64,000 nt of DNA from Lama guanicoe (taxonomy: Eukaryota). Position numbers and translations under genes: made by a program. This document shows positions 49,595 to 61,525 of the stretch, piece after piece. The stretch lies in assembly GCA_013239625.1 (NCBI GenBank), contig MU053379.1, positions 4,049,229 through 4,113,228 of the forward strand, in the 5' to 3' direction. Under the pieces are notes generated by a model that worked only from the letters and a program-made list of their open reading frames with translations, was not told the origin of the DNA and searched no databases. Positions within the stretch are counted from its first letter, which is position 1; every line of letters begins with the position of its first letter.

Positions 49595-50639
49595 GGCTCA
49601 GGTGCTAACCCGGGCGCCGCCGCTTCCCCGTCCCTGACGCGGGCGCAGCAGAGAGCCCGGGGTGGGGGTTCCGGAAGAGTAAGCCCCTTCGTTCAGAATG
49701 CGCCTGGCGGGTCGTTAGCGCTCGGCAGACAGTCGGCAGACACTCGCTGTATGTATGACTGTGAGGCTCCGGGCCGTTCCTCAGAGCGAGTGCCGGGCTG
49801 AGGGCCAGACCTGCGCGTGCGTCACCCCTGCCCCTTCCAGCAGCCCCGCGGCAGGCCCGGGGGCAGGCGTGCAGCCGGGCGGGCGAGCAGCCTGGCAGGT
49901 GAGCGGGTCCCGCCCTCCCGCCTGCTCCCGCAGGGGAGGATGCTCTGGTATACGTCTCACGACTGGCTCGCTGCAAGAAAGTGGGTGCGTGTGTGTTTGC
50001 TTGTTGCACATTTTACTGAGGATGACGAGCAAGCAGCACACAGTTTGCCATCGATGACGATAACCCAAAGTGCCCTTTATTTTAAATTCCAGAAGACCAG
50101 CTGCGTCCACCAGAACGCTTCTGCTGGTTTTTTCTGGGCTTTCGTATCCGTCGGCCAACCTGCGGTTGTGACTCAGCCGCGACGTTCAAAAATCGGACCA
50201 CAATCCTCGCTGTCGGATTCAGCAAAGACGCTGTCCGTCCAGCACGGATGCTGGCTGACGTTTCTGTGGGCGTTGAGTCCTGACGGCAAAGCGCAGCAGT
50301 GAGAACGCGAGTCGGAAACCCATTTGCTCATCAGAGGTGCCGGAGCCTTCTTCTCTGAACTGGAGAATCAGCTGAAGGGCATCTCCCCGAATCTGGTGCT
50401 TTCACAGCACAAGCAGCTCTAAACACAGCACATGTTTAACTTTAATCTGCTGTCGTAACACGTTCTCTACCACTTTCCTCAATCTGGCCAACAAAATGCC
50501 AACCAAGCTCTGATCTGTGGCATCTGTCAATTTCCACGGTGCCAACACTCTCGTCAGGGCTGACTTCCAGCCACCAACCTGGTGTCACTGAACGTGGATC
50601 TGGGGGGAGACGCCAGTCACAATCCATTACCTCCAGGTT

Positions 50640-50830
50640 TGGTGGGGGAGGTGACGTCTGAACTTGAGGCTTGAAGAATGGGTAGATTTTTACAGACAGA
50701 AGTGGAGGAAAGGGCATTCCAGGCAAAAGATACACTTCAAGTAAAAGCAAAATAGGGAAACATGCTGGCAGAGAGAGGACTCTGGGCTCCCGTGGGCTCC
50801 TGCGGGGGAATCTGGAGTCAGGTTTGGAAG
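50640..50830 (-). mobile_element. L2 fragment
   Basis: gaggtgacgtctgaacttgaggcttgaagaatgggtaga...agggcattccaggcaaaaga. Confidence 0.55.
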
Positions 50831-52469
50831 GACTGAGTGCCTTTCTTATCTGGAGGACTGTCCTTTCACCCGATCAGAGGCTTTGCCTCCTTCTGTTTTT
50901 GTTTGGTGGGAGATGGTCTGCATGTTTGTATTGTTTTGGTTTATCACTCTGTAGGCAGGAGGCCGAAACAGACACGCGTTAGCGCGTAAAGTGATCAGAT
51001 CTGATCTTCAAGGACGTCACCCAGGGCCAGGGTCCTGGAAAGCTGGGAGCTGGCTGACGGGAGGAGCGAGGGTTGGGGGGAACTGACAGAAGCCGGTGCC
51101 TGAGGAAGTGAGGTTTTGAGATCCAGGCCACAGCAACAAGAGGTCAGTTCTGTTCGGCCCGGATGGACCTGAGTCACCGCCGTGTGTGTCCCCAACAAGC
51201 GCTTAGAGGCCTGGCACCTAGAGGGACGGCGGCAGCTTTGCGGAATGAGTGGGCCCTGAAAGGGGAAGCGAGGCTGCAGGGGAGGGAGGCCAGGTATGTT
51301 CTCATCGGCAGCGCAGCTTCCGTGTCGATGCCACACCTGGTCCACCGCAGCAGGTAAGCCCAGCCCTCGTCGGCTTCAGCCAGATCTGCTGAGGCGTCGC
51401 CCAGGCTGGCGGCAGCCCTCAGCTTTTGGAAGACCCGTACGTGTGTTCCTGAAGAAATGTGGCGAGAGTTCTTTTGAGTCCGGGTCACATCTTTTCTGGA
51501 CCCCCATATTTTGTCACGTCATTCTTTGTCACTGCTCCCTTTTCAAGGTGCTAATAATCCATAAACAATCTTTTAAATTGTGCATATAAAGTTTATATTT
51601 ATACACTAAAACCTATCAAATGTAAACAAATCTGTTAAAGCATTTTGGGAAACTCTTCATGAAGAAATGCTTCTTGGGAATCCACTGAGGACTAACTGGG
51701 GGCTTTTTGTCTTAAAACTCACAGCTTCCTTTTCCTCCCGATGGGGAGAAACTGAGAAGGGTGAGACTGGACCACAGGAATTAACACTGAGCCCAGATTT
51801 GGAAGCGCATCAAAAGCTGTGAATTTCCTCGTCTGAACGCAGGGTATGACTAAGTGTTAGAATTCTGAGCTCCTGGATGATAAGAAGTGTGTGTCTGCGG
51901 GTTACCACGGTCGGAACGAGGCTGGTTAATCATTGCAGGTTTCTGGGCTAACCGCCGAGCCAGCGGGGCTGACCCCAGGGCGGGCGAGCAGCGGAGGGCT
52001 TCCGCCAAGGCTTGGCGGGGACCGAGCGCCCCGGGTGCTCTTCTGCAGCTGCTGAGAGAGAGCCCCCGGCCCTGCCCTCCCCGGTTTTTATTTGTCTGCC
52101 CCCTTTACGTTGATGAGACAATGCCTGGGCTGTTTGCGTCCTGGTGTTACCAGTGGCGACTGTTTCCAAGCCTGTGGGCTTTGCCCTGACCTTCCGAGGC
52201 CCCCGCTGAAGGCGGGTGGGTGCGGGGTGGCTGGGAGATGTCAGGTTTCAGTACATGATCCGATGGCTTAATTCGCTGAGTCATAGTTCCGAGTCTTCCT
52301 GGAATCCGAGCAACGTGACCTTGTTTCCCCCACTTTTGTTCCGATTCAAGGGCTGAACAGTTAAAGATCGCCTGTTAGACAACCTTCTGAATTAAACTAA
52401 GATCTCCAAAACAAGGTGTGCCGTTGGGGGAAACGTCTACCAAAGCTTAACATGAAGAAAAGCGAACAT

Positions 52470-52790
52470 ATCATATATAAACGTACCACATGGTGAGTTT
52501 TCACAAACCGAGCACATCCTGTGACCAGCACCCAGATCACCACACAGAGCAGCCCCCTTTGGGGCCCAACAGCTCTCCTTTCCAACAGCCTCCCTCCCCA
52601 GGGGCCCCGCTGTCTGCGCAGGAGCACAGGTTAGGCTTTGAACCCCAAATAGTTGGACTCACACTACACGCACTCTTTTGCACTTGGCTGCTCTGACTCA
52701 GCCTTCGGAGATCCAGCCCCACGTCTGGGCCTCCCCGTGGTCTGCTCTCTCTTGTCGCTGTGTTTGCGTGAGCGCGTCTCTCCTCACTCA
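52470..52790 (-). mobile_element. Old LINE-1 (L1ME-like) 3' end
   Basis: tgagttttcacaaaccgagcacatcctgtgaccagcacccagatca...ctcttttgcacttggctgctctgactca. Confidence 0.6.
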
Positions 52791-53112
52791 TCTTAAATGT
52801 GCCATTTTTTCACCCTCAAGATCCCCAAGCGAGGAGTGTTCACCAAACCCTCATACTGTCAGACCTCAAATCAGTGTTTTTTTTAATCCTCTTTTTATTA
52901 TTGTCTTCCCCTCCCAAATCCAGTCATTCTAGTAAACTTCCAATGATCTTACGGCTTCACCCTCCTTCCCAACAGGTGCATCTTGCAAACGTCCCCCACG
53001 AGCACAGATTTGAGGCCCTCCCCTCCACTCACAGCCTGTCCTGGTACAACCTCCCCACCCCGGCCCCCCTAGTCCCCCGGGGCCTGGCACTTTCTTTAAA
53101 AGCACATCATCT

Positions 53113-53222
53113 ACTTTTTCTTTCCTTTTTTAAATTGAAGTCTAGTCAGTTACAATGTGTCCATTTCTGGCTCACAGCGTCGTGTCCCAGTCACGCACAT
53201 ATGCACATGTATTTGTTTTCAT
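53113..53222 (-). mobile_element. Short LINE-1 3' tip of the same young family as 19299-19894
   Basis: tttttaaattgaagtctagtcagttacaatgtgtc...gtcccagtcacgcaca is the reverse complement of the 3' end seen at ~19820-19894. Confidence 0.8.
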
Positions 53223-54594
53223 CTCCACTGGGCCAGAGGGATATGAGACACTTTTTCTTTCTGGGATTCCATCGGCATTTTCCTGCCTCTGGGCAGGTGC
53301 TCGAGGACTTCTTCAGCCTGGAAGTCACTTCACGATTGTCAGAAACTGCCATCCCGTCCTTGAAGACCCGCTCATGCCACCCCCCAGCCCTGACCCCAGT
53401 TGCGTCGTACCAAAGTCTGGTCTGTAGGCATCTGTCTCTCCTGCTTGACTGTGAGCATCCGGGTGGCTGAGATCTGTGGCTTCGCCTCAAGGTTCGCACC
53501 TTTGTTCGGTGTCTGCTCCCTGCAAACATCCAGAATGCCCCACACACTGGCCCCCCCGGGCTCCCTTCCACTTCCCTGGTTACCCCGTCTCTCTTTCCTA
53601 GAACAGTACGGGTAGGGCCACCTATCTTCCCAGGACTGTGGGTCTTACGAGGTGATGACCAGCCAGAGAAGGTGCAGGTCCAGGCTTGTCCTCTGAACAC
53701 GCACACTGTGCTTTCCCGGGACTGTTGACCAGGAAGAATGAACAGAGAACAGTGTCCCACAAGTGGCTAAAATGCCCAGAGTCCCACCAAAATCCTGCCA
53801 GTTTACTGTGCTCAGAGGTGGCTGCAGGGAGCGAGGCAGAATCCACCTGGAGAAGGGGAAGCAGGAGGCAGAGCAGAGAAAACTTCACTTCCTCTTGCTC
53901 GACGTTCGCTCAGTGATCCTTGGTCCGAGAATCTGATCATCATTTATGCTGAAATATCACAGTTACCTTATTTTTTATGTAACCCTCCTTGCACTTAGTG
54001 TGACAAAGAGAATTTTTTTTTCTGATTTGTGAATTTAGGTGAAAAGTCTTGTAATGGTAGAAAATTTAAACTATATGTAGTTATTCATTCAATGACTCAC
54101 TTTTTCTGAAATTAACATGATTATGTAAAACCAGGATTCGCTAGGAAAATGTGTGCTGGGGCACGTTGGTACTGATGGCAAAAGTCCACCCTGTGTCTGC
54201 GTGTTAGACTTTCTCGTGATCCTGGAAAAGAATTTCAGCAAGAGGCGCTCAGACTGGGTTTAGAAGAAATCACGGTGAATTCCCTCAAAATCCAAGAGAT
54301 TTGCTGAGGGGAGTAATGAAGCAATAAATCCGGGTTGAAGAGTTAACAGTTGAGCAATTGTGTCAATGATACGTCAGCTCTCAAGATGTCCCTTCTTCCC
54401 TTGGTGCGTGACCTCAAGACTGTCACCTTAAGAAAATACGTTCTATGAAAATGAAAGTCGTCGAGAGGGAGCTGGGACTTCTCCTGCATTTTAAGCAGCC
54501 CGTTTATATTCTCCGTGTATCCTACAACACCAGCTCAAAAGCAGCGCAGAGCGTAAGGCAAGAGGCAGCTGGAAGAAAACAAAACAAAACAAAA

Positions 54595-54770
54595 AGCCTT
54601 GAAATGATCAATGCAATTTTCATGTCAGCAACTGGAATGTTTTTGCAGTGTTACTGTCTTGGCCTGCTGACACCATGATTTAATGGCCTGGCTGTCCCGT
54701 GGGTTGACATGGCAACCACAGAAAATGCCATAAATATCTCAGCTGTGGACGTGAATGGTCTGTTTACATT
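54595..54770. promoter_or_regulatory. Candidate enhancer with RFX X-box and HOX/TALE motifs
   Basis: GTTGACATGGCAAC at 54703-54716, TGATTTAATGG at 54676-54686, CCATAAA at ~54728, TGACA/TGTCA sites. Confidence 0.5.
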
Positions 54771-55339
54771 GTGTGGGGGGTATTGTGTGACATGTGGTGG
54801 CTGTTGTCCCATCCAGTTGGAAACGTCTGGAAGTGACAGCCAGTTTTTAGAGTCATTTGGGTTAAAACGAGTCTCCCGGCAGAGACTTTACTGCAAGTCC
54901 AGAGCTGTGCATTTTTGTGTACATTCGACTCAGTGTTTAACGGGCCACGGGGCTGCCACATAGCTGGCTGCGAACCATAAGCCACCCTCTGCTCGGGTCC
55001 AGACTGTGTTAGATTTCTTCTAAATTCACGCCGTAGGAAGCAATTTGGACATTCATGCAAAGCGGGCTCTACTGAGCCCTTCCACAGGCGCACCGAGTCC
55101 CGCATCCAAGAGCCAGAAGGAAGTTAACTGACTTCTGGTGCAGTTACGTTATTTCTCGAAGGAAGTAAGGCACAGCCTCTTTGTTTCATGCTTCAGTGTC
55201 CCTGAGGAAAGCAGTGCTCTCTAGCCTTCTCTGTGCCTAGCAGATTCCTGCACAAGGAAATGGGAATGGCATTTTCGAAAAGAGAAAAACGGAGAAGAAC
55301 CTGAAGCTGGCTGTGTTGTGCCGACTGCCAGCTCCCCAG

Positions 55340-56220
55340 AGACCGCCAGGAAAACGCCCCGTAAAGTGAGGCCGCGTCTCGCTTGTGAAGGGCTGCCTTG
55401 GCTTTGCAGGAGAGGGGCAGCGTGGTCGCGGGAGAGCCAGTCCGCGGCGGGCCTCAGTGAGGGGCCGCCCCGGGGGCCTGAGGCGCGTGGACTGAGCGCG
55501 GGCCGGGTCCCCCGCGGCGCCGAGGGCCAGGCTGGGCCGCGCCTTCGCGCCTCCTGCTGGGTGGAGAGCTGGCTCGGCCGGCCGGGCGGGGTCCACGCTG
55601 CGGCACTTCGGGACCGTGGGCGCCGCGAGGCGGAGATCTTGCCGAGGGCCGTGTTAAGGAAGCTTAGCCCTGACAAGCGAGCTGTTCAGTGGTTTACGGC
55701 CTCGGGCCCCAGCAGCAGGCGTTCCCGGAGCGAGCAGCGACACCGCCCGCGCTCGGCCTCGGCCGCGCGGCGGCGGCAGGAGGGAGCGGCCAGGCTCGGC
55801 GCCGGCGCGNNNNNNNNNNNNNNNNNNNNNNNNNNNNNNNNNNNNNNNNNNNNNNNNNNNNNNNNNNNNNNNNNNNNNNNNNNNNNNNNNNNNNNNNNNN
55901 NNNNNNNNNNNNNNNNNNNNNNNNNNNNNNNNNNNNNNNNNNNNNNNNNNNNNNNNNNNNNNNNNNNNNNNNNNNNNNNNNNNNNNNNNNNNNNNNNNNN
56001 NNNNNNNNNNNNNNNNNNNNNNNNNNNNNNNNNNNNNNNNNNNNNNNNNNNNNNNNNNNNNNNNNNNNNNNNNNNNNNNNNNNNNNNNNNNNNNNNNNNN
56101 NNNNNNNNNNNNNNNNNNNNNNNNNNGGCCTCCGGCTCGGCCCGCGCGGCCGCTGCGGCGTCTGTTCGCGCCCGCACCGCCCTCGCGCTGGCCCCGGGTC
56201 GTCGCTGACCGAGGCGCCCA
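55340..56220. promoter_or_regulatory. CpG island interrupted by an assembly gap
   Basis: Extremely GC/CpG-rich sequence on both sides of the N run. Confidence 0.75.
55810..56126. other. Assembly gap (317 N)
   Basis: Run of N. Confidence 1.
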
Positions 56221-56244
56221 CTGGGGATGGAAAGGCGAGGCTTC

Positions 56245-56377
56245 TTTTGTTGTCGCTGTTGTTTCGGTTTGGGGGAAGCACTTAAGATTATTCACGCATT
56301 TGTTTATTTTTTAATGGAGGTGCCGGGGATTGACCCCGGGGCCTCAGGCACGCACTCCGCTGAGCTACACCCGCCCC
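56245..56377 (-). mobile_element. tRNA-derived SINE, diverged
   Basis: ttttttaatggaggtgccggggattgaccccgggg...gctgagctacacccgcccc. Confidence 0.82.
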
Positions 56378-58012
56378 TGCAAGGGAGACTTGATCCCTGC
56401 CCTCACAGAGCCAACAATGTGGAGTCCTGGTCCTTTTACTGTGTAACTCTTCTGCTGGACTCGGAGCCAAGACGTGCTCAGGTAACCACAGAGAAGCGCT
56501 GTTCCTCCCACGGCCCCCCAGGAAGTTAGGAGGCACAAGGCGCTGTCCCAGCACCTGCAAAACGGGGCCTCCCTCCTGGAGACAAGGGACCCCTCGGCCC
56601 ACAGCTCGGGCCGTTTGTTACGGAGCTCTGCTCGTTCTCCAGCCGCTCGGGGAGGGGCACTCACCCCTGGGAGGAGAGGACTGGTGCACTGACCAGTCAC
56701 GGCCCAGGATGGAGGCCACTGCCTCCCAGACCTCCACGCAGACAGCTCACACCGGGCTCACAGACCGCGGAGTCCCAGCGTCAGTGCCAGGATCCATCTG
56801 TGTGTCTCTGGACCACGGCCGAGTCCTGGGCCAGTCAGCTGTGGCTCGAGAACCAGGCCCACAGCAGCGTGTGTAAGGACTTCCCTGGGTGTCTTTGCTC
56901 TCGAAGCCCTGGAATGGTAGCCCCTCAAAGACCCAGTGAATCTACGCTTTGACGGAATCACGAAATAGAAGAACTCAATCCAAGAAGGGATTTCAGCTGC
57001 ATCCATTTTTTAAAATAAATAGTATCTCTTCAAACCCTATTTCTCTTGGTTGAACCCAGATCTTCACTGAGGGCGAACTGAGCTCCTTCTGGGCAGTAAC
57101 TCGTTGCCTGGATTGCCTTCTGATGTCCCGTGCACAGTCTTCATGCTTCTCAACAACCATGGAGAGCATCTCAGTGGACAAACAGAAACAACCAGAGAGT
57201 TAAAATAGGAAACCCTGAAAAGCTTCCTATTTCTTTCTCTTTTTTTTTTCCCCTTCACTTTAATCTTGGTTTTGCAGAAGAAGCAAAATATTGTCAGAGA
57301 AGAGTAGACAAATTTGTCACCTTTTCATGTGACGGTGAAGAATTACCTTCAATCATCGAACTTTATTTCTTTGTCTTGGGATCAAACTGTAGCTGCGGAG
57401 CCAGGCCCCACCTGCCGCCCGACAGGAGAGGCTTAACCTCGCTGGAGCCGCGCGCATCGTCCTCCTCGCGCCCAGCAGGTGTTGACGTGCTTGGCTTACA
57501 CACTCATTCATCACTGTGTCCTGAGCAGTCATCCATCACAGCACGACAGGCCTTTGTCCCCTGGACTTCTAATTTGCCTTGTTCAGATCTCAGAATTAGC
57601 CCTGAAAAGTGAAACCCCTCTGTGTTTTCCCGTATGTACTGCACGGAGGCCACTTTAAACTTTTTGGCATTGGAAGGCACAGAGGGCTCCTCCGGTTAGA
57701 CACGTCCTGTCCTGAGAGGGGTCTCATTGTGAGGGTGCAGGTTTCCAGTCCACTCTTTCTATGACTCCCCAGGTGACTCCTGTGGGAAAGCAGAAGCAGA
57801 TTCACAGGTAAAAGGGGTCACAAGTGTAGAGCTCAGACGTAAAGGAGAAATGCCGCTAAAAGCAAAGGTGCCCCAGTGGCAACGAGCACCCCCAGCACCC
57901 GGAGCTTGGTGTCTAAGGCCGCTCTCCAGTGAAAGGGACACAGGTCCTGGGAGAAGCGGCTGCTTCTCAGGCGGGGCAGCAAATGCACAGGATGGTGCTG
58001 CTCGTAGTGCCT

Positions 58013-58190
58013 GGAAGGGAGGAGGGAAGGACAGAAGGAAGGAAGGACGGAGGGAAGGAAGGAAGGAAGGACAGAAGGAAGGATGGAAGGAAGGAAGGAC
58101 AGAGGGAAGGAAGGATGGAGGGAAGGGAGGAGGGAAGGAAGGAAGGAAGGAAAGATGGAGGGAAGGAAGGACAGAAGGAAGGAAGGACGG
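58013..58190. repeat. (GGAA)n-type purine-rich microsatellite
   Basis: Mixed GGAA/GGAG/GGAC units; source of the KEGRKEG and PSFLPS ORFs. Confidence 0.95.
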
Positions 58191-58352
58191 ACCAGAGAAG
58201 GACACAGCGGTGGAGAGCACCAAGGGACTCAGGAGCGGATGGGAAGAGCCCCCAGTGGCTATGGCTGGGACAACTTGATGCAATAGTGTTAGACTGTCAC
58301 CCGAAGTATAAAATAAACACCCACAAGTCTATATGAATACAAATGTATTTAA

Positions 58353-60578
58353 CATAGTACTGGAAGTCCTCACCACAGCAGTCAGACCTAAATAAATAAA
58401 TTAAATAAATAAAAGGCATCCAAATTGAAAGGGAAGAAGTGAAACTGTCGTTATTTGCAGAGGACTTGATGTTCATACAGAAACCCCTAAATTCTCACCC
58501 CAAAATGTTTGGAACTAAGTAATAAATTCAGCAAGCTTGCAGGACACAAGAGTAACATACAGAAATCTGCTGTGTTTCTGTGCACCAATAATGAACTATT
58601 AGAAAGAGAAAGTAAAAAAGCCATCCCATTTAAAATTGCATCAAAAAGTACAAAATACCTTAGGAATAAACTTAAGCAAGGAGGTGAAAAACCTATACTC
58701 TGAAAACTGTAAAACATTGATGAAAGAAATTGAATGTGATACAAAGAAATGAAAAGATACCCTGTGCTCTTGGATTGGAAGAATTAATATAGTTAAAATA
58801 CCATGCCACCCAAAGCAGTCTACAGATTTAATGCAATTCTTACCAAAATGCCTGTGACGTTTTTCACGGAATTAGAAGTAATAATCCTAAAATTTATATG
58901 GAACCATAAAATACCCCAAATTGCCAAACAATCTTGAGAAAAAAAGAACAAAGCTGGAGGGATCATGTGCCCTGACTTCAGACTACACTACAGAGCTACA
59001 ATAGTCAAAGCAGCGTGGCGCTGGCCCAGGGACAGACACGGGGCCAGTGGGACAGGCTAGAAAGTCCAGAATGAACCCACACACTTACGGTCAATTCATC
59101 CATGAAAAAGGAGGCAAGAATATACTAGGGAGAAAAGACAATCTCTTCAATAAGTGGTGCTGGGGAAACTGGACAGATACCTGTAAAAGACTGAAATAAG
59201 AATATTTTCTCATACCGTATATAAAAATAAACTCAGAATGGATTAAAGATCTAAATGTAAGACCTGAAACCATAAAATGTCTAGAAGAGAACATAGGTAG
59301 AACACTCTTTGACATAAATCATAGCAGTAGTTTCTGGATCTGTCTCCTAAGGCAAAAGAAATGAAAACAAAAATAAACAAATGGGATCTCTTTAAACTTA
59401 AAAGCTTTTGCACAGCAAAGGAAACCATCTACAAAACAGACAACCTATGGAATATGTGAAAACATTTGCAAATGAAATGACTGGCCAGAGGTTAATATTC
59501 AAAGCGTGTAAACAGCTCATATGATCAATATCAAAATACAAACAAACAAATCAAAAAATGGGTAGAGCAGACATTTCTCCAAAGAAGACATACAGGAGGC
59601 CCACAGGCACATGAAAAGTTGCTGGCTATCACTGACTACTGGGGAAATGCAGATCAAAACCACAATGAGGGACCACCTCACACACATCAGAAGGCCCATC
59701 ATCAAAAAGTCTGCAAATCACAAATGCTGGCGAGGATGCGGAGAAAAGGAACCCCTTGTATTGTTGGTGAGAATGTAAATTGGTGCAGCCACTACGGAGA
59801 ACATTATGGAAGTTCCTTAAGGAACTAAAAATAGAGTCATCATGTGATCCAGCAATCCCACTCCTGGGCTTACATGCAGAAAAAACACAAACACTATTTT
59901 GAAAAGACACCTGCACCCCAAGGTTCATGGCTGCATTAGTTGCGGTAGCCGAGACATGGAAGCAACCTCAGTGTCACAGAAGGATGTATAAAGAAGATGT
60001 GAGATATATATATATATACACACATATATATACACACACACACACACATAAATGTACACACACATATATGTATATAATGGAATATTATTCAGTCATAAAA
60101 AGAATGAAATTCTGCCCTCTACAGCAGCATGGATGGACCTAGAGATTATCATGCTTCGTGAAGTAAGTCAGACAAAGACAAACACTGTATGATATCACTT
60201 ACATGTGAAGTCTAAAACATAAAACAAACATGTATATAGCAAAACAGAAACAGACTCACAGATACAGGAAAAAAAAAAACTAGTGGTTACCAGTGGGGAG
60301 AGAAAGGAGTCGGGGCAAGTTGGGAGTATGGGATTAAGAGACACAAACTACTGTGCATAAAATAGATAAGAAACAAGGACACAGTGTACAGCCCAGGGAG
60401 TTATAGCCACTGCCTTGTAATAACTTTTAATGGAGGCAGATCTGTAAAAAGCCTGACTCACTCTGCTGAACACCTGGCACACATGTAATATTGTAAACCA
60501 ACTGTATGTCGAGATGGATAGATAGATAGATGGAAAGACAGACAGACAGATAGATAGACAGATAGACAAAATTTTAAT
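58353..60578 (+). mobile_element. 5'-truncated LINE-1 (degenerate ORF2 plus 3' UTR) with TSD
   Basis: aacatagtactggaagtcct, ttatttgcagaggacttgat (RT FADD region), aaaagcttttgcacagcaaagg, full 3' UTR and a (GAYA)n tail; TSD AAATGTATTTAA (58341-58352) / AAATATATTTAA (60579-60590); internal (TA)/(CA) microsatellite at ~60004-60076. Confidence 0.95.
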
Positions 60579-61382
60579 AAATATATTTAAGTATGTCAGT
60601 AAACGGGGTGGAAATGACAAACTTCCAGCGCGGAAGAACCCCACGTAGTTCATGCAGACACTCTGCCCTCAAAGGAGGCGGGCGCAGCCCCGGGTCCTTA
60701 GTGTGAGCTGCCCACGGTGACTGACTGCCCTTCCAGAAAGCACAGTGTGGAAGGGGAGACGGAAGTGTCTCTGTTAGGGGAAGCCGACGCCACCACTGCC
60801 TCCGGGCACCACGGCCACCCGCGGCAGCGCCGCCCTCTGGACAGCGCGTGTCCTTGTGTGCAGCGATGGAAGTGGCGCTTTCCCTCTGTGGTCTTCTTCC
60901 CCGGAGCTCAGGACCCCCGTCCACCTGTCCGCGAAACACCAGACAGACCCCGAGGGAGGGACGTTTTACAAGTTGCCTGGTTGGCGCTCCTGCAGACTGT
61001 CCAGGCCACCAGAAACACAGAGAATCTGAGAACCTGCCACAGCCAGGAGGGGCCGAGGTGGAGAAAGCGTGGCGCGGGGTCGCTCGGGTAGGACGAGGAA
61101 GCCAAGCACAGGACGGACCTCTGCTAATAAAACCACTGTGCCAGTTACTAACGGTCCCTGGAAAGACAGGAGGAGACATGCCATGTCTTCCTCTTTCCTG
61201 TTTACAAGCTCCTCATGACGCTCCCCCCGTTCAGCGGGGAGACCTAGGCCGGCCGAGCTCCCAGCTGGAGCGCTAGACACCACCCGTCGCTTCTCCTGGT
61301 CTGTGCTCAGCTCTGCTCGGACAGGCAAGAAACACTCACCTGCTTCCTCCAGGAAAAGCGAATTCTCACCAGCAAGACTGCT

Positions 61383-61525
61383 GGGGGAGGATGCAGCTCA
61401 CCTGCAGAGCGCGTGCTTAGCATGCAGGAGGTCCTGGGCTCAACCCCCAGTGCCCCCATCAAAAAAAAATAAGAAATACACCTAGTTACCCCCAAAAAAG
61501 CCCAGAAAAAATAAAAATTTTTTAA
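61383..61525 (+). mobile_element. tRNA-derived SINE with TSD
   Basis: gggggaggatgcagctca...gaggtcctgggctcaacccccag head, acctagttacccc tail, flanking AAGACTGC repeats. Confidence 0.88.

Larger units (their letters stand above)
57860..61150 (+). mobile_element. Old L1MC/L1MD-like 3' UTR, split by a GGAA repeat and a younger L1
   Basis: Collinear pieces at ~57860-58012, ~58191-58352 and ~60579-61150 resemble successive parts of a recalled L1MC3/L1MD 3' end (cccagtggcaacgagcac; gaagtataaaataaa; cctctgtggtcttcttcc; ctgtccaggccaccagaaaca). Confidence 0.7.

Noticed and set aside
55318..56295. Long ORFs of 163-296 aa
   Set aside because: Artefacts of translating through the N gap in stop-poor GC-rich flanks.
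57759..58336. KEGRKEG / PSFLPS repetitive ORFs
   Set aside because: Translations of the GGAA microsatellite.
58487..60142. ORFs resembling reverse transcriptase or hydrophobic membrane proteins (also at 13061-14441)
   Set aside because: Sense and antisense fragments of disrupted L1 ORF2, not functional genes.
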